NCBI GenBank assembly: GCA_043228905.1
Contig: JBHGNT010000021.1
Coordinates: 558,001-622,000, forward strand
Length of the DNA stretch: 64,000 nucleotides
Direction: 5' to 3'
Source of the DNA: Azolla caroliniana
Lineage: Eukaryota; Plantae; Polypodiophyta
The notes under the pieces are model-generated. The model was not told the DNA's origin, did not search any database, and saw only the letters and a list, made by a program, of their open reading frames with translations. Of the stretch, positions 41,945 to 55,559 are shown piece by piece; within the stretch, counting starts at the first letter, position 1; each line of letters starts with the position of its first letter. The translations under genes and the position numbers were made by a program.

Positions 41945-44550
41945 ATATCAATGTATCATATTCAATGAGTGTTGAAAAGCCTAGAAGTCAGAATTTTGAC
42001 GAGGAGAAAACTTTCTTAAACATCCTATAGACATTTTGCATGGTTTGTACGTAGCTTGTGAACCTAGATTTAGTTATATTTGCCACCAGAATATAGATTC
42101 AATTGCTTGACACCCTAAAATATGCCTAATGGTCATTATGTGAAAGTTTAAGACATATACATAGTTTTTTAATAAGGCAATAATGTTTCGTATGATATGG
42201 GAACGAGAAATTGAGACCGGATAACCCTTCGAAAACTAATTATGCTTGCCATTTGTACAACAATGAGAAGATTGCACATCTAGTATATCACACCCATAAA
42301 GGTTGGTTGCAATTATGCTTGACACATATCATTAGTTTTTAGAGCTTAGACATCCATTTGGTCAAAATATTTCCCATTAATTATGCAACAAATTGTTGAA
42401 GGCTCCTATATATTTATATCACTTCAAAAATTAGGAGACATGACATGCATTAAACATAAATCATCGATGTCATGTGAGGTTCATAAAAAGATGAGCTTTA
42501 CCACACATTATCATGGCTATGTTAAGTATCTTGCATCCGAGACACCGGTTCTAGAAACAAAAGCACCAACAAGGAATATCTAGCTCAACAACGCTATAGT
42601 AAAAGGGGGATAGAGTAAATCCAAATAGGATTTTTTGTCGCCAATGGGCAACCTAGTCAGAAAGGAACCCACCATCCTTGTAAAAAGCTAAAAATGCCAT
42701 TTGTAGCTCTTCTCAAATATTAGGTTTTCTCTTTTCTATTAGTGCATTAAGAGATTTTACTCTATCCCCTTAATATTCTATTAGAACTAGGAGAGGTTAG
42801 GGCCAACAACTAGTTAAGCCAAACCCTAGTCTCTCCATGCTTGTATTGTGCTAAACCTCTTTGATAATAACAAGTGGTGTATATTTATCTCTTGTATTCT
42901 TTTGTTTTTGTATCTATTTCTATTACGAGAGAGAGATTAAGTGTTAGCACTAATCTCCAAGGTTAGTTAAGCTAGTACCTCAACGGTATTCGATAATCAC
43001 CCTTGTCGGACTCGCTACCAATACGGTATCGCAGGTCCGAATCCTAGGCACAACAATATCAAGGGAGGTATAACTCCATTGATTCATACATGTATTCCGA
43101 TGTGAGTACACCAAAGTAGAGGAGATGTGGCCTAAAGTAAAGATGAGTGGGACAACAAAAATGGAACCTCATTAAGAGATCAATGATAAACTGGTTCATA
43201 GTTTTTATCCAAGAAGTACAACTAATCAAAGCATTTAATGACTTATCTTGTTCTTGTAAAGAAATGTATATTCATGGGAAGATGAAGTTCACGAGAATAA
43301 AGTTGTGTTATGGATAATATGTTTTTAAAGAGACTAAGGCAGAGAAGTACCACTAAAAGAAGAGACTTGTTCAATCTCATGAAACTTCTGGTCTATTAGC
43401 ATCATATCACGTGTTTGACTAATTAATCACAACAAAGGAAGAAATTAACAAGAGGAAGTTGCAATGGATTCTTTGCCCAATGGATATCCTAAATTGAGCC
43501 TAACAAGCTTGCTACAGGCTCCTAAACTCATTGGTCAAGTTAAAAGCGAAACTTAACTAGAAGTGGATTAGATTAGATGATGAATAAATCAATGTAGTTA
43601 TTAGGCACATTAAGGTAATGTATACTCTCAATATATCACGTGCATTATCATGCTTTTGTATCCGAAGTCTAATTATATACTTAAATGAGCTTTGTCATTT
43701 TGGTGTCATGACTCATTACTATCGAATACTCTGAAATATTTACAAGTATTCTACATTTTAGAACTACCATTTCTCAAATTTCACGTATTTTACATAATTC
43801 TAAGAATTTGACATATTCTACGTATTTAAAGTATTCTACACGCATTCTAAGTATTTAACATCTATAAAGTATGTAATCTAAGTATTCTTTAAAAAAAGTT
43901 AGAATACTTAGCATTTGTATTCTATGCGTATTGTATGGTTAGTCCCAACTCTAAGACCCAACGGGTAGTCCAACCGCCATCTAAGGCCCTATATAAGGAG
44001 AAAGAATGGATAGGAACATCCATTCGCTTGTTCCATTTTCAGAAGTTGATTCTTGGTGCACTCTCTCGTTGGTTCAGAGCGTGTTGTCCCAACTCACATT
44101 TTGGTGTTGTCCCAATTATTGGGAGTCTTTTGTAACATTCTTGCACATAAATAATAGAGCATTCTGTCCCATTCTTTTGTCTCCATAATAGCGTGATATG
44201 TGTTTGTATTAAGTTGATCAATATTGTTGGGACATACCATGTGAGGTAATTTAGTAGAAGTGCGAAAGCTAGGTATCGAACACAAGACCTACGGCTAATA
44301 TAGTCTTAGACCAACTTACCATCATGGCCATTGGTAACCTAATTCAAAATTAGAACTTTAGCAATTAACCTTAAGATATGGACAAGGGTATTTTGGGAGT
44401 TTTAAAAAAGTCAGGAAGTTTGATAGAAGGGGCATGGTGTCTAATTTCCCAAATCTCGGGAATCAGAAGACGGGGGTGGGTCTGGGGTCCTTCGACTTTC
44501 ATCAGAAGAAGACGAAGAAGAAGTAAAAGACAGAAAAAGAAGGATTGGCT

Positions 44551-47500
44551 ATGGCTTCTTCCATTCATCGGCTTCGGTATTTCGTCTCCAAAGCCCGAGA
44601 TTCTCTCTCTACCAGCCTCAAGGTTAGCTTCTTCATCTGATTGCTATCCTCATCCTCATCTCTCTCTCCCGAACTTCTTTTATTTTTCTTTTGTTAAGAA
44701 TAGATTATGAACATCCAAACGTTACGCCATTATTTTACCCACGCATATTGCATTTTCTTTTTGAATTCTATACCATCTTCGAAATGTCTCATTGTTTTCT
44801 GTATGTCGGAAACCCTAGATTTGGTATTACTTGTTTCAAGATAGCTGACGAAGAGATCATTGTAAGAAATTTGTATGTTTTATCGACGATGTGGATTACT
44901 TGGCCTTTTATGTGAAAGTGCGCAAATTTCTGGTGTGATCAGTGAGAAAATTTCAGTGTTTGAAGAAAGTTGCTTTTATTATCGGCCAAGTTCTCTTTCA
45001 GTAGTAGGAAATTTGAGAAAGTATTGGAGGATTTTAATTTTAAAATGAATAAGTCTTCCATAAATCTGGATTAAGATCAGTGATCAATTTCATTTCCTGG
45101 GAAAGTTTTTATTTTGCCAATAGACTGAACTCCCTTTTCATGCATGAAACAATACCCCCAATTCTATAGGACCTTAGTGTCAAAGCGATTGGAAAACTTT
45201 AGTAAGATTCTATAGGACCTTAGTGTTAAAGCGATTGGAAAACTTTACTAAGATTCTATAGACCTTAGTGTTAAAGCGATTGGAAAACTTTACTAAGATC
45301 CTATAGGACCTTAGTGTTAAAGCGATTGGAAAGCTTTACTAAGATTAATAGACTGAACTCCCACTCCCTTTTCATGCATGAAACAATACCCCAATCCTGT
45401 AGTACCTCAATGTTAAAGCAATTGGAAAACTTTCTAAGATTAATAGACTGAACTCCCTTGTCATGCATGAAACAATACCCCAATTCTATAGGACCTTCGT
45501 GTTCAAGCGATTGGAAAACTAAGATTGAGAATTGTTTTCTTTCCTAACTGGTTGAGTCTTCTTCTCATGCATGAAATAATAGTACATTATGAGGAAACAC
45601 CACAAATTTTACAGGTACTTAAGTGAAAAATTATACCTTTTCTGTCAGATTTTACTCTCTTTATAAATATTCCAACTGGTAAAGTAAAATTTGGCTAGAA
45701 TTTAAGTGAATGATCACATAACTTCATAGAACAAAATGAAATGTTTGTCCAATTGCCACAAAAGAGTGATGAGAATGATTATGTAAAATCTAATCGAAAA
45801 AAATGTAAACTTCGGTAATTGGACATGTCAATACAGCCATTTTACATATTCTTTCTTGAATGATGTATAATTTACCTCTATTTTGGTTTGTGCAGAGCTA
45901 TGAAATTGGTCAAATGTCCACCAAGGAACTTGTTAGCAGACTGTGGAATGATGTGTTCAAAGATCGCATGACTATTCTCAGAAGCATGAAAGTCGACAAC
46001 ATGGAACCAACATTCTCTGGGCAACAAGAGACCCTTCTAATTCGAAAAGTACCATTCCCGTCAAGGGGGTAATGTCTCTAAACTTTCTATATGTATGTAG
46101 TTTTGATATGTATTCAGTGGCTGGATAATATGTCATTGACATACATTGTGCATTGAATAGATGCAAAATGAGATTTTGTTGATCATAGTCCACAATAGCC
46201 TTTAAGGCACAACCAGGCACACATCTGATAATGTAGACTTGTTGATGAGAATAACAAAACTGATAAAAAATATTTGATTCAGTTAACAAGACCTATATCC
46301 ATGCAAACAATAAGTATAATCTTTTGAACCAGACTATAGAAAAAGTAAACTGGAAGGGTAGTTAAGAAAACTTCAAAGGAAGAACATAGTGATTTCATGT
46401 TCTACGTTTGCTATCTGCTCATCCAAAGAGTTGACAAGATTCAAAGAGGCAATTGAAAGAGGATTGAGAAAGAAACCCCTGTGCAACATCACTTTCATTG
46501 GTTCAATGTGATGAATAAGAAGCTCAATGCTATCATCAAAACTAGAGGGTCTTCTGGATATCCAAGTTGTCGATTTGATTAAGCAGCCCATTTGTTTGTC
46601 GTTTTTGTGTTGTACTTTTTGTTACCTCTTTTAGTTAAGAGAATTTCTCCTAAAATAAAGGTCTTTCAATTTATCAGCCATAAATAAGGATTTTGGTTTG
46701 TACACCGCAATGGATTCATTGTGTTTAGCTTCCCATCAAATGTTCTTTCCTTAGATTCGTGTTCTTTTACTTTTACGCAATTTCTATCTTCTTCATGTAA
46801 TGCCACAAACAGAACAGAAACTTTATTTGTGTGCTTATAGTGCAATAATTTGTTGTACGTATATCCATCTCAAATTTTCCTCTGATGATATACATAGGGA
46901 AGGTCATCTCGTGAGCTGTTTTCATATATTTAATTTTCTTATAACCATCCTAGACTCTTTTAGGTTCTTATAGATACCAGACCATATTCAGCATGCTCTG
47001 AAAGTTTGCTCAATGTGACCTACACATCATACCATAAGATGTTCATATTCTTCATTGGATTGATGTACTTAGGAAGGTTATACTTTCTTCACCCATAACC
47101 TCTAGCATATTCTTTGATCTTCACATTCTTTACAAGCACCCACTCATAAGTGCAATAATATAAAGAGTTCTAAAAAATTATCAGAAGAGGAGAATATTTT
47201 TGACAATGACTTTTGCCTGAATCTATGAAAATATTGATCAAGAACTCATGGTGATGGTATAAATTTGTTTCATTGGTTTATGCAAGTGTAAATTGATATG
47301 TGCCTATTTCTGATAGGTATTGATAGCTCTCTTTTAATAATACTAGGCCAAATTGATAAAAGCCACAAACCCAATTAACATGATTAGTGAAATAGAGTGA
47401 TGAACAGAATATAGTCAGATTAGTCCCCGCTAGAACTTGCATGATGTCAATGGAATTTTAGTGAAAACATATTCTCTAAGGGAGTGCACACTTATGAACA

Positions 47501-50500
47501 TTCTATGCTGTCTTGGCAAAAAGGAAATGAATTAGAGTTCTGTAGAGGCACTTTCCACCAAGAGATCCAAGGTCAATGAACAATCTCTTTACTGGGGAAT
47601 TATTTTCTCGTAACTGTGAAAACATACTAAGGCTCTACATTTTTGAGTTTTATAGGCTTATAGGCTTCTAAACTTGCAACAAAGGCACCCAATCAAATCT
47701 ACACAGTAGATTTCTTACATAGTGTGCGGATAGCACCCATCCCAAAATAGCTGCATGATGGCCACAATAGAGTTCTATAGAGGAACTATCCACCAAGAGA
47801 TTCACGTCCAGTGAACAATCTATGTACTCAGGGAACATGTTCTCATAACTGTGGAAACATACTAAGGCTCTACCTTTTTGAGCTTTATAGGCACATGGGC
47901 CTCTAGACTTACACTAAGGGCACCCAGTCAACTGCACACAATTGATTTCTTACATAGTGTACAGATAGAACCCATCACAAAATGATCACTTGATGGCCAC
48001 AAAAGCATGCTGGTTTAGCATAGCAAGATAAAAGACGAGATAATAAGTCAAAACAAACTAACACCAACTATAGACAGTATGAAGAGAGACAAAAAGAAAT
48101 TAAGTTAATATTAAAATTGTTTGGAGTCAAACATGGCCTATGAGACAAAACCAATACATCCAGTAATTTTACTTTGGGGTGCCAAATGAAAAAAAAAGAA
48201 ACTAAAAGTGCTCATGAATTTCTTTGATGATTGCCACAACTCCTATGTTAACTACTTTCTAAACTGATTTTCCTTTCAGTGACATCGCTTGTTTCATGAA
48301 CTCAATATTTTTCTTGAGATCTAACTATGCATTCCATTTTTTCCAATTGTCCTTCCTATGCAATGTTCTGCCTTGATACCATCAAGCATTTAGATCTGGG
48401 TATGGTTCTTGAAGGTTTTTAGGCACATTTGTATCAACAATGTTACATGGGTGAGTTGTAATTGCAATACTTTTATTTTTTTGACCGTCAGAGAAATTTA
48501 CAACATACAAGCTCACAAACACTTGAATTCATAGCTTGTTTACAAGCTGCAACAATAGAGATGACACTCTCCGTGAGATAGAATCTTACATCTGTTTTGC
48601 TAATAAATAAAGAATTTTATGTTTCTAGATTCTACACACTCCCTCAATAAGTACTAGAAACAGATTTTACATCTCTCTTGGTTTTTTGAAGATTTATTTT
48701 CGTGGCAACTAATTTGCATGCACTAGCATCTTTCCAGTGGACTGATTAATTGGCAACTACAATTTATTTAACTACACATCATCTAGGAAATGTTTTCATG
48801 ATTTGTAGATTTGTAATTTTACTGTGGCTAATTTCGTTTCAGATGGAACATTGCACATTTTTGTTAATACCGAATACAAATAGAATCAAGAAGAGAAATA
48901 ATGGCTACCATATGTTTAGCATAGTTTTGTTGTGCTTTTGGAATTGTTGGACCAAAAAGAATTGTAACCAATTAAAAATTAAAAGCGTTTGAAGATAGGA
49001 AGCACTGTACTAGCTTTTTTTCACTCATATAACCTGATTGTGATTGGACACTTTCTATACATTGTTAGAGTCTTCATGAATGCATATGTAATGATGTTTA
49101 TTCTTTTGATGCACAAACCTTTTTGAGTTCTTGAAGCATATCATGCAACATTTAATTAAAAGAATCACTGGAATTTTGCGGCAGGTCTATTTTTGTAGGG
49201 GATGTGGTTGTGTTTAATGATCCAATTGACTCAAAGACAGAGCGTGTGCGACGAGTTGCTGCAGTTGAGGGTGAAGAAATGGTTTCAATAAATGAAAACG
49301 ATAAACCATTTGAGCTAGAAAGAGGGGCTTGTTGGGTGCTCTGTGACAATGACTTGGTGAAACCTAAGGTATTACGAATGCTTTAAACTTGTTTCTCTAA
49401 AGAATTGGAAATCTAGATGACTTTCTTGTGTTTATATTGTAACAAGGATAGAAGGATGAAATTGTTGGAAGAGATGACGGTGTGATCAGTTACTCCAAAC
49501 ACCAAGGATGTGGACTGTTGTGTGAGGAGAGAGAGAAAGTAGAGAAAACTGTGCAGAAAAATGGAGAGGAAACCCTAGCCGCTAAAGTCCCTATCTCATT
49601 ATGAGAGATTTGGAACTAATTCTTATTGATAAGTAACTTTTAGGTCATTTGGGCATGTTCGCACATGGTCCATGACCAAAAGTTATAAAGATAATGTAAA
49701 TGCCTATAACCCCCCAAATTGAGGCCAAAAATATAGTAAAGATATGTCTAGAAAGCTCTCAAGGGAGCTCTCATATGGAAGGTTCAAAATATACAAAAAA
49801 GGAGTCCTTGGAGCCTTTATCCCCAACAACCTCCCACTTAAAGGACCAAGGAGGCTCCTTTAAGCTAAGTAACTCCCACCATCAGCATATATAGCTAATA
49901 TTCTGCCTTGCTTTGACACTTTGTTATAGCATCTGCAGGATTTTGTGAAGTATTGACCTTGATCAAAGGGATTTGTCCATCCTCTAGCACATCTCGAATG
50001 AAGTGGTATCTTACATCAATATGCATCTGCAAGATTTTGTGAAGTATTGACCTTGATCAAAGTGATTAGGCCATTCTCAAGCACATCTCTGATGAAGTGG
50101 TATCTCACATCAATATGCTTTGTGGGAGCATGAAACATTGCATTCTTTGCAATACATATGGCACTCTGGCTATCACATCCAAGAACAAGTGCCTTTTCAG
50201 GTATCCCAAACTCATTGTACAAGCGGGCTAACTAAATGGCTTCATTGGACGTCTTTGTGGCTGAAATATATTCAGCCTCTGTAGTAGATAATGTGACTAT
50301 TCTTTGAAGTCAGAGCACCATGAAATAGCACCACTTGCAAGGGTGTATATGTAGCCACTTGTGGACATGCGTGTATCCACATTACCTGCCATGTTTGAAT
50401 CACAAAATCCTTTTAACTCTAATGGACCCTTAGCATAACATAGGCATTTACCTTTGGTCCCTTTCAACTATCTCAAAATAGATTTGATTGCCTCCAATGA

Positions 50501-52366
50501 GCTCTACCAGGATTAGCTATGAATCTGCTAACAACTTTGACTGCATGAACAATGTTTTGCCGAGTGGCAACCATAGCATACATAAGTGAACCACAAGCTG
50601 ATGCATATGGAACATTCTTCATGTAATTGGCTGTATCATGGTCTTTTAGACAATCTTCCTTGGAAATCTTAACATGTGGCTGCAATGGCACTCCAAGAGG
50701 CGTAGCATCCTTTTTAGTGTATAAATAGTGATCTGCATGGCTTCTTTTGAACCCATGTTTGAGCATAAACGCATCAAGCTTCTTATACCATTGTCTAGGG
50801 GCCTGTTTCAGCCCATATAAGCTGCTCTTCACCTTGCACATGCAAGAATATGCATACCTTATCTGTTGAGCTCAGAATATGTTGTTATTCAACCTTCAGA
50901 ACTATCATGAGCTACGTGACCATTGCAATATCCAAGGGATAAAATCTCTTGGAGGAGCCTTTAAAATGTAATAGAATACAAGAACCCTAGACTGTAGGCT
51001 ACTCTAAAATTATAGATGCACCTAATCTAAGAAATTCAATCCTATTAGATTTCTCATTGATGAACTTTTCCTGATGATATCACATGGAGAGCTGATGAGA
51101 CTTGTGCCATAAGTTTTGTAGAATTATTTTTTGAAGATGCTTGATCATGCCTTTGTTTTTTTCTAAAGATTCAAAGTAAACCAGATTATTCTCACAAGAA
51201 TAAGTGCCTTTTGGTGGTATCTTCATCTAGAGTCCAATTCAATAGGTTCTCAAGAAATTCATTTTTCTAATTGTCAAACCTTAATGAAGATCTTCGTAAA
51301 TATTTAAGAATGGTGGAAACTAAAGATTAAGACTAAAGGTTTAAAAGATATGGGAGAGAATTTTGGTTTTGGATGCATTTATGGAATCTCAGGTTTCCTA
51401 GTGGATTACTTATTTTATAAGAATCATTGCCATATTGGGCTCCTAGATGGTACTTAATCTGGGGGGTTTTGCTCATGATCTTAATTGTGAGGTGGGTTCA
51501 TGCTGGCGGAATCCCTTAATCAGAAGATATAATCATTTGTGGATGGAGATTTATTTTTATATATACAAGACACATGGGTATATATGTTCATGCATGCAGA
51601 TTATATATATATATTATATTAAAGGGAAAAGTACCAGGATACCCCTAGAAGTTCGTCTATTTATCAGAATGCCCTTGGAAGTTCCAAATTTACCAAACTA
51701 CCCCCATGTCCAAAAAAGTACACTTTATAAAGTAATTAAACACTCAAATCTTTGGTAAATAGAGCTAATTCGGGTCCATTTCTTCCATCGTTGGTAAATA
51801 GGGCTTGTAGATTTGAGTGTATAATTACTTTATAAAGTGTAATGTTTTGGACATAGGGGTAGTTTGGTAAATTTGGAACTTCCAGGGGCATTCTGGTAAA
51901 TAGACGAACTTCCAGGGGTATCCTGGTACTTCTCCCTAGATTAAATATAGTATATAGGGAGAGACCTACACACATGCATGTACATAATTGTGTGTGTGTG
52001 TGTATGCACACACATTTATGTACATGTATGTATTGCATGTGTGTAATATTGGAAGAGGGAGAGAGAGACTGAGAGTGCATTACAGGAAGCTGCTGACAGC
52101 AGGAGCTTTGGACCTTTGAGCATGGGAAGCATATTAGGGAGGGTGATATATGCCATGCAAACGAAATCTGACCATGGTCAGATCAAAAACAGGTTTTCCC
52201 AATGCACTTTGTGCATATCACTGAAAATTCTGTGGTAAAGATTTTTGTTTAAATTTCACTTACTTGGATCTTATGAACATTCAGTGAAGAAGCTTTGCAA
52301 GAAGACTCACCTATTTTAACAGTTGAGTGTGATCTTGATGAGCTAGCGGAGTACGACAAGATGTAG
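44551..52366 (+). CDS. Peptidase S26/mitochondrial inner-membrane peptidase (IMP)-like protein, 205 aa
   Basis: Exons 44551-44622, 45896-46068, 49185-49368, 52086-52192 and 52285-52366 (618 nt, GT-AG, in phase). Motifs MEPT, TLLIRK, GDVVVFNDP, VRRVAAVEG, CWVLCDN, DSRSFGP and GRVIY. Resembles, from memory, the Arabidopsis At1g06200-type family. Confidence 0.9.
45117..45526. repeat. Composite minisatellite in IMP-like intron 1
   Basis: A ~46-bp unit CTATAGGACCTTAGTGTTAAAGCGATTGGAAAACTTTACTAAGATT (~6 copies) interleaved with a ~45-bp unit AATAGACTGAACTCCCTTTTCATGCATGAAACAATACCCC (3 copies). Confidence 0.9.
47530..48003. repeat. Diverged tandem duplication of ~235 bp
   Basis: TAGAGTTCT...CCACCAAGAGAT...AACATACTAAGGCTCTAC...GATTTCTTACATAGTGT...GATGGCCACAA occurs twice. 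Confidence 0.8.
49463..50845 (-). mobile_element. Ty1/Copia remnant (RT-RNase H, PPT, 3' LTR) in IMP-like intron 3
   Basis: Motifs SLYGLKQAPRQWY, GSLMYAMVATR, STTEAEY, CDSQSAI and TKHIDVRYHFIR. Purine tract AAGTGGGAG abuts an LTR at 49828-49463 bounded by TGTTG...CAACA. Has internal deletions and a duplicated RNase H end. Confidence 0.88.
51624..51936. mobile_element. Mutator-like MITE with ~128-bp TIRs
   Basis: Long inverted arms from GGGAAAAGTACCAGGATACCCC to GGGGTATCCTGGTACTTCTCCC; 9-bp TSD TATATTAAA / TAGATTAAA. Confidence 0.9.
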
Positions 52367-52975
52367 ATCTATTGACCTTGCGGATCTCTTTTTAATGAAA
52401 TAAGGGAGACATTGGAAAGGCTGACTTTGGAGGAGGGCATCAAGAAAGATTTGAGAGGGTTACCAACTGAGTCGGAAATGCAAATAGGTTGGTGAATAGA
52501 TAGATGGATTTTGGGATGCTTCTCTTCAAGGACAACAGAAATAAACAGACTTTAAAAGCACCACATATACTTTTCCTATGCAAAATTTAGGATTCAAAGC
52601 TCCCATTCCATCTATTATTTTGTATGCTTTTGATTTGCTGAAAATTTCAAAACAAATACAGGATGAGGAATGCAGGGGGAAATTACTACATCATGCTTTC
52701 CTGGAGTATGTAAGGAGTTTATTAAGATGGAACCCTGGACGATATATAGTTTTAAGGGAGTCTTGATCCCAAATTCATGAATGTCTTAGAAAGGCATTTG
52801 GGCATCATGGATGCATTCCTGAATTATTTTATAGCCTGCTGTTAACGATTACAATGATTTGGATACTTGTATTCTATTGTTTTCATGTTTCCAACCAATG
52901 TAAATTCTTATTTGGGGGTACACAAGCACTGTTGTTTCTTGATTGGTGTCAAATTCTTGCATTCCGATGTTCAGA

Positions 52976-52977
<2 letters not shown>

Positions 52978-53015
<38 letters not shown>

Positions 53016-53028
53016 CGCGCGTGTGTGT
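52978..53028. repeat. (GT)n(GC)n(GT)n alternating purine-pyrimidine tract
   Basis: Read directly. Confidence 0.9.
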
Positions 53029-54372
53029 ACATATCCCAGTTTTCTTCAAATGCTCTGCTCTACTTGACGTAGTTTTGGTTTTTTTTTTCATACCTTTACA
53101 TGTTTGCTAATTCTTTAAGTACCAGAGCAAGAGTACTAACAGCAAAAACTGATGTGAATATGCGCCTACAAAGTAGATGACACGTTTTGCATAGCATAAT
53201 GAAAACTATTTCACTACTCACTGAAATTTTGTTCCAAAAATGATCTTGAAAGAGACACTTAACACGTGTAAGTTTAAACTCTGTTTTCGTTCTTTCTGTG
53301 CCTAGATGAATCCATGAATTTGTTTCTGTTTCCAAATATGATGGTATTTATATTTCATTTAATTGTGAAGCAATATGTTTATCACTTTGTAAATTATTGT
53401 AATTATAATCTTTGTTTTTGTGTTCTGTAATGATAATCACAGACTATATCTTATCTCTTGAGCATTGAATCTGGTGAGTGGTTTGGAAGCATTTAGATTT
53501 GTATATACTTATGATGCTCAACTGTAGCCATAGTGTAGATGTCAATAAGCTAACTAAACAAATGTGTAGACAAAAGTTTCTAGTTTCTCACAAAAATATC
53601 AGGCAGTCAAAGGATAATGCCCTTTCCATGTATTATTTTAGGTCAAAATATAGGAGATTTGTAGAATGGAGTATGGACATGACTACGATTTTCATGAGTT
53701 AACAATGTGCAAGTAGATTGTAGAGACAAGATCACACCGGAAAGTGTCTTCTGTATGTGGCAAACTAAGCTAACTCTAATGCACCAAAAGTTGCCAGCTA
53801 GACAAAGGTTGAGAAATCGGTTCACAACTTGGAAATTGTTGAGTTACCATAAATATCTCTCATCTTCGATCTTGCACCATATACCTCAACACCATATATC
53901 TCATTAATGCACATTGTATAAATGCTTGAAATAGTATCAATAGACAATTGTGTTGTTAAAAGTGGTTTTAAAATCATTTGCATTTAATAACATGAGCACC
54001 AAGTTTTTTTACTTAAGAATATGGTGGAAATTTGTATCTCTGTACTTTAATTTTTCAAAGGGAACCCGGAATACTAAGACAAAAAAATAAAGCTCAATGA
54101 TGACATATATGACTTTTGTAACTAACTTAAAGATGGCATAAAATGAATTGACAAAAAGACACATAAAGTGATAGAAGGAAGTTATGAGTTCACTACAAGA
54201 ACAATTCAAAGCTTGAGAAAAAAAAATGCATGTGCGCAAAACACTTGCACAATAAGATTAAGTACTAGTTGTCAAGACATAATTATAAAATGATACATTC
54301 ACTCATTGTACAATATGGTGCATGTTTGTTATGCAAATATACAAAGTCATTATGCATATTTGAGGTGTAAAC

Positions 54373-54736
54373 TAGGGATCGGCAAAGGTTAGGTTTGGGC
54401 TTAGCCGGTTTGGCCTGATCCAAGCCAAACCGGCTAAGCCTAAACCGTTTTGGGGATCTCAAACCTGAACTGAATTGAACCGAACCGTTTCACAAATCAA
54501 TTTAGGCTAAACCGGTTTGTGAACTAGTTTGGTAAACGGCTTGGAAACCTCTCTCTCTCTCTCTCTTTCCCCTTGTCTGTTGTCTCCCTCCCTCCCTCTC
54601 TTTCTCTCTCTCCCCCTCTCTCTCTCTAAAGTTTCTAAACGGCTTGAGCCAGTTTGGCGAGGCTCAAGCCAAGTCAAGCCGCTAAGCCGGCTAAGCCAAA
54701 CGGTTTAGGGTTGAGCTGAGCCGTTGCCGATCCCTA
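54373..54736. mobile_element. Non-autonomous hAT-like element
   Basis: TIRs TAGGGATCGGCAA / TTGCCGATCCCTA; many subterminal AAACCG/CGGTTT motifs; central CT-rich tract. TSD is imperfect. Confidence 0.8.
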
Positions 54737-55559
54737 CACTGTAAACCTTATCAACTATTTGATACACTACACATAGAACAAAAAATGTGCCAAGTATCTT
54801 ATCTATTTCGTGCAAAACAAACTTCACTTTTCCAAATTTATCCATGTGCATACATACATTTAATCCATCCAAAAAAATTCAATTTGATATGTGGGTGAAA
54901 GATTACAAAAACTAAAATTTATCCATGTGACTTTGTTTAAAATACATGGACAAAGAATCAAATTAACGCACGGTAAAAGGATTGAAAAATCAATCGGTGT
55001 CACTCTCTCTATATCTATTTCTTTGTAACGACCTTACCCCAAAGTAAGGTGTTTGACTGAAAACCCATGGGTTCAAAGCTAGACAATCACATCACTAGAT
55101 GCCACTATTTGAATGTTAGAATTGAACATATGATCTTCGAGTCACTTGTGGATAGCCTTATCAACTAAGTTATAAATTATAATTGTATCTTTCTCTCTAA
55201 ACTAGTATGCACATCATGCACATGATTTGTATTTTTTATGGTTGTCATCGAGCGACCTAAGACAATAAATATACGAGTTCAGAAATAAAATAAGTTATGA
55301 TCTGCATGAGTGCAGATCACATTGCCAATTTTGGTCAAAAACATCAATAGCTTGCAACAAAATGAGATTTAAGCCTTTATTTTATGTTGAAAAGAACAAT
55401 TTTTTCATTTTTTAAATAAAAGAAGCTAACCGAATCATATTACCCATTAGTGCTAGAAAATAAAAGAAACATACCAAAATTCTAGGAATGAAGTGAAGGT
55501 TATGATAATAATTATTTCTCATGCTAGTGTCATTACGTTGATCTTTGTTTGATGTAAGG

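Noticed and set aside
42470-44290. Possible solo LTRs upstream of the IMP-like gene
   Set aside because: TATA-like and LTR-like composition, but no clear TG...CA boundaries or TSD.
51447-52080. Two opposite-strand ORFs sharing the peptide STRIPLEVRLF
   Set aside because: Artefact of translating the two arms of the MITE inverted repeat.
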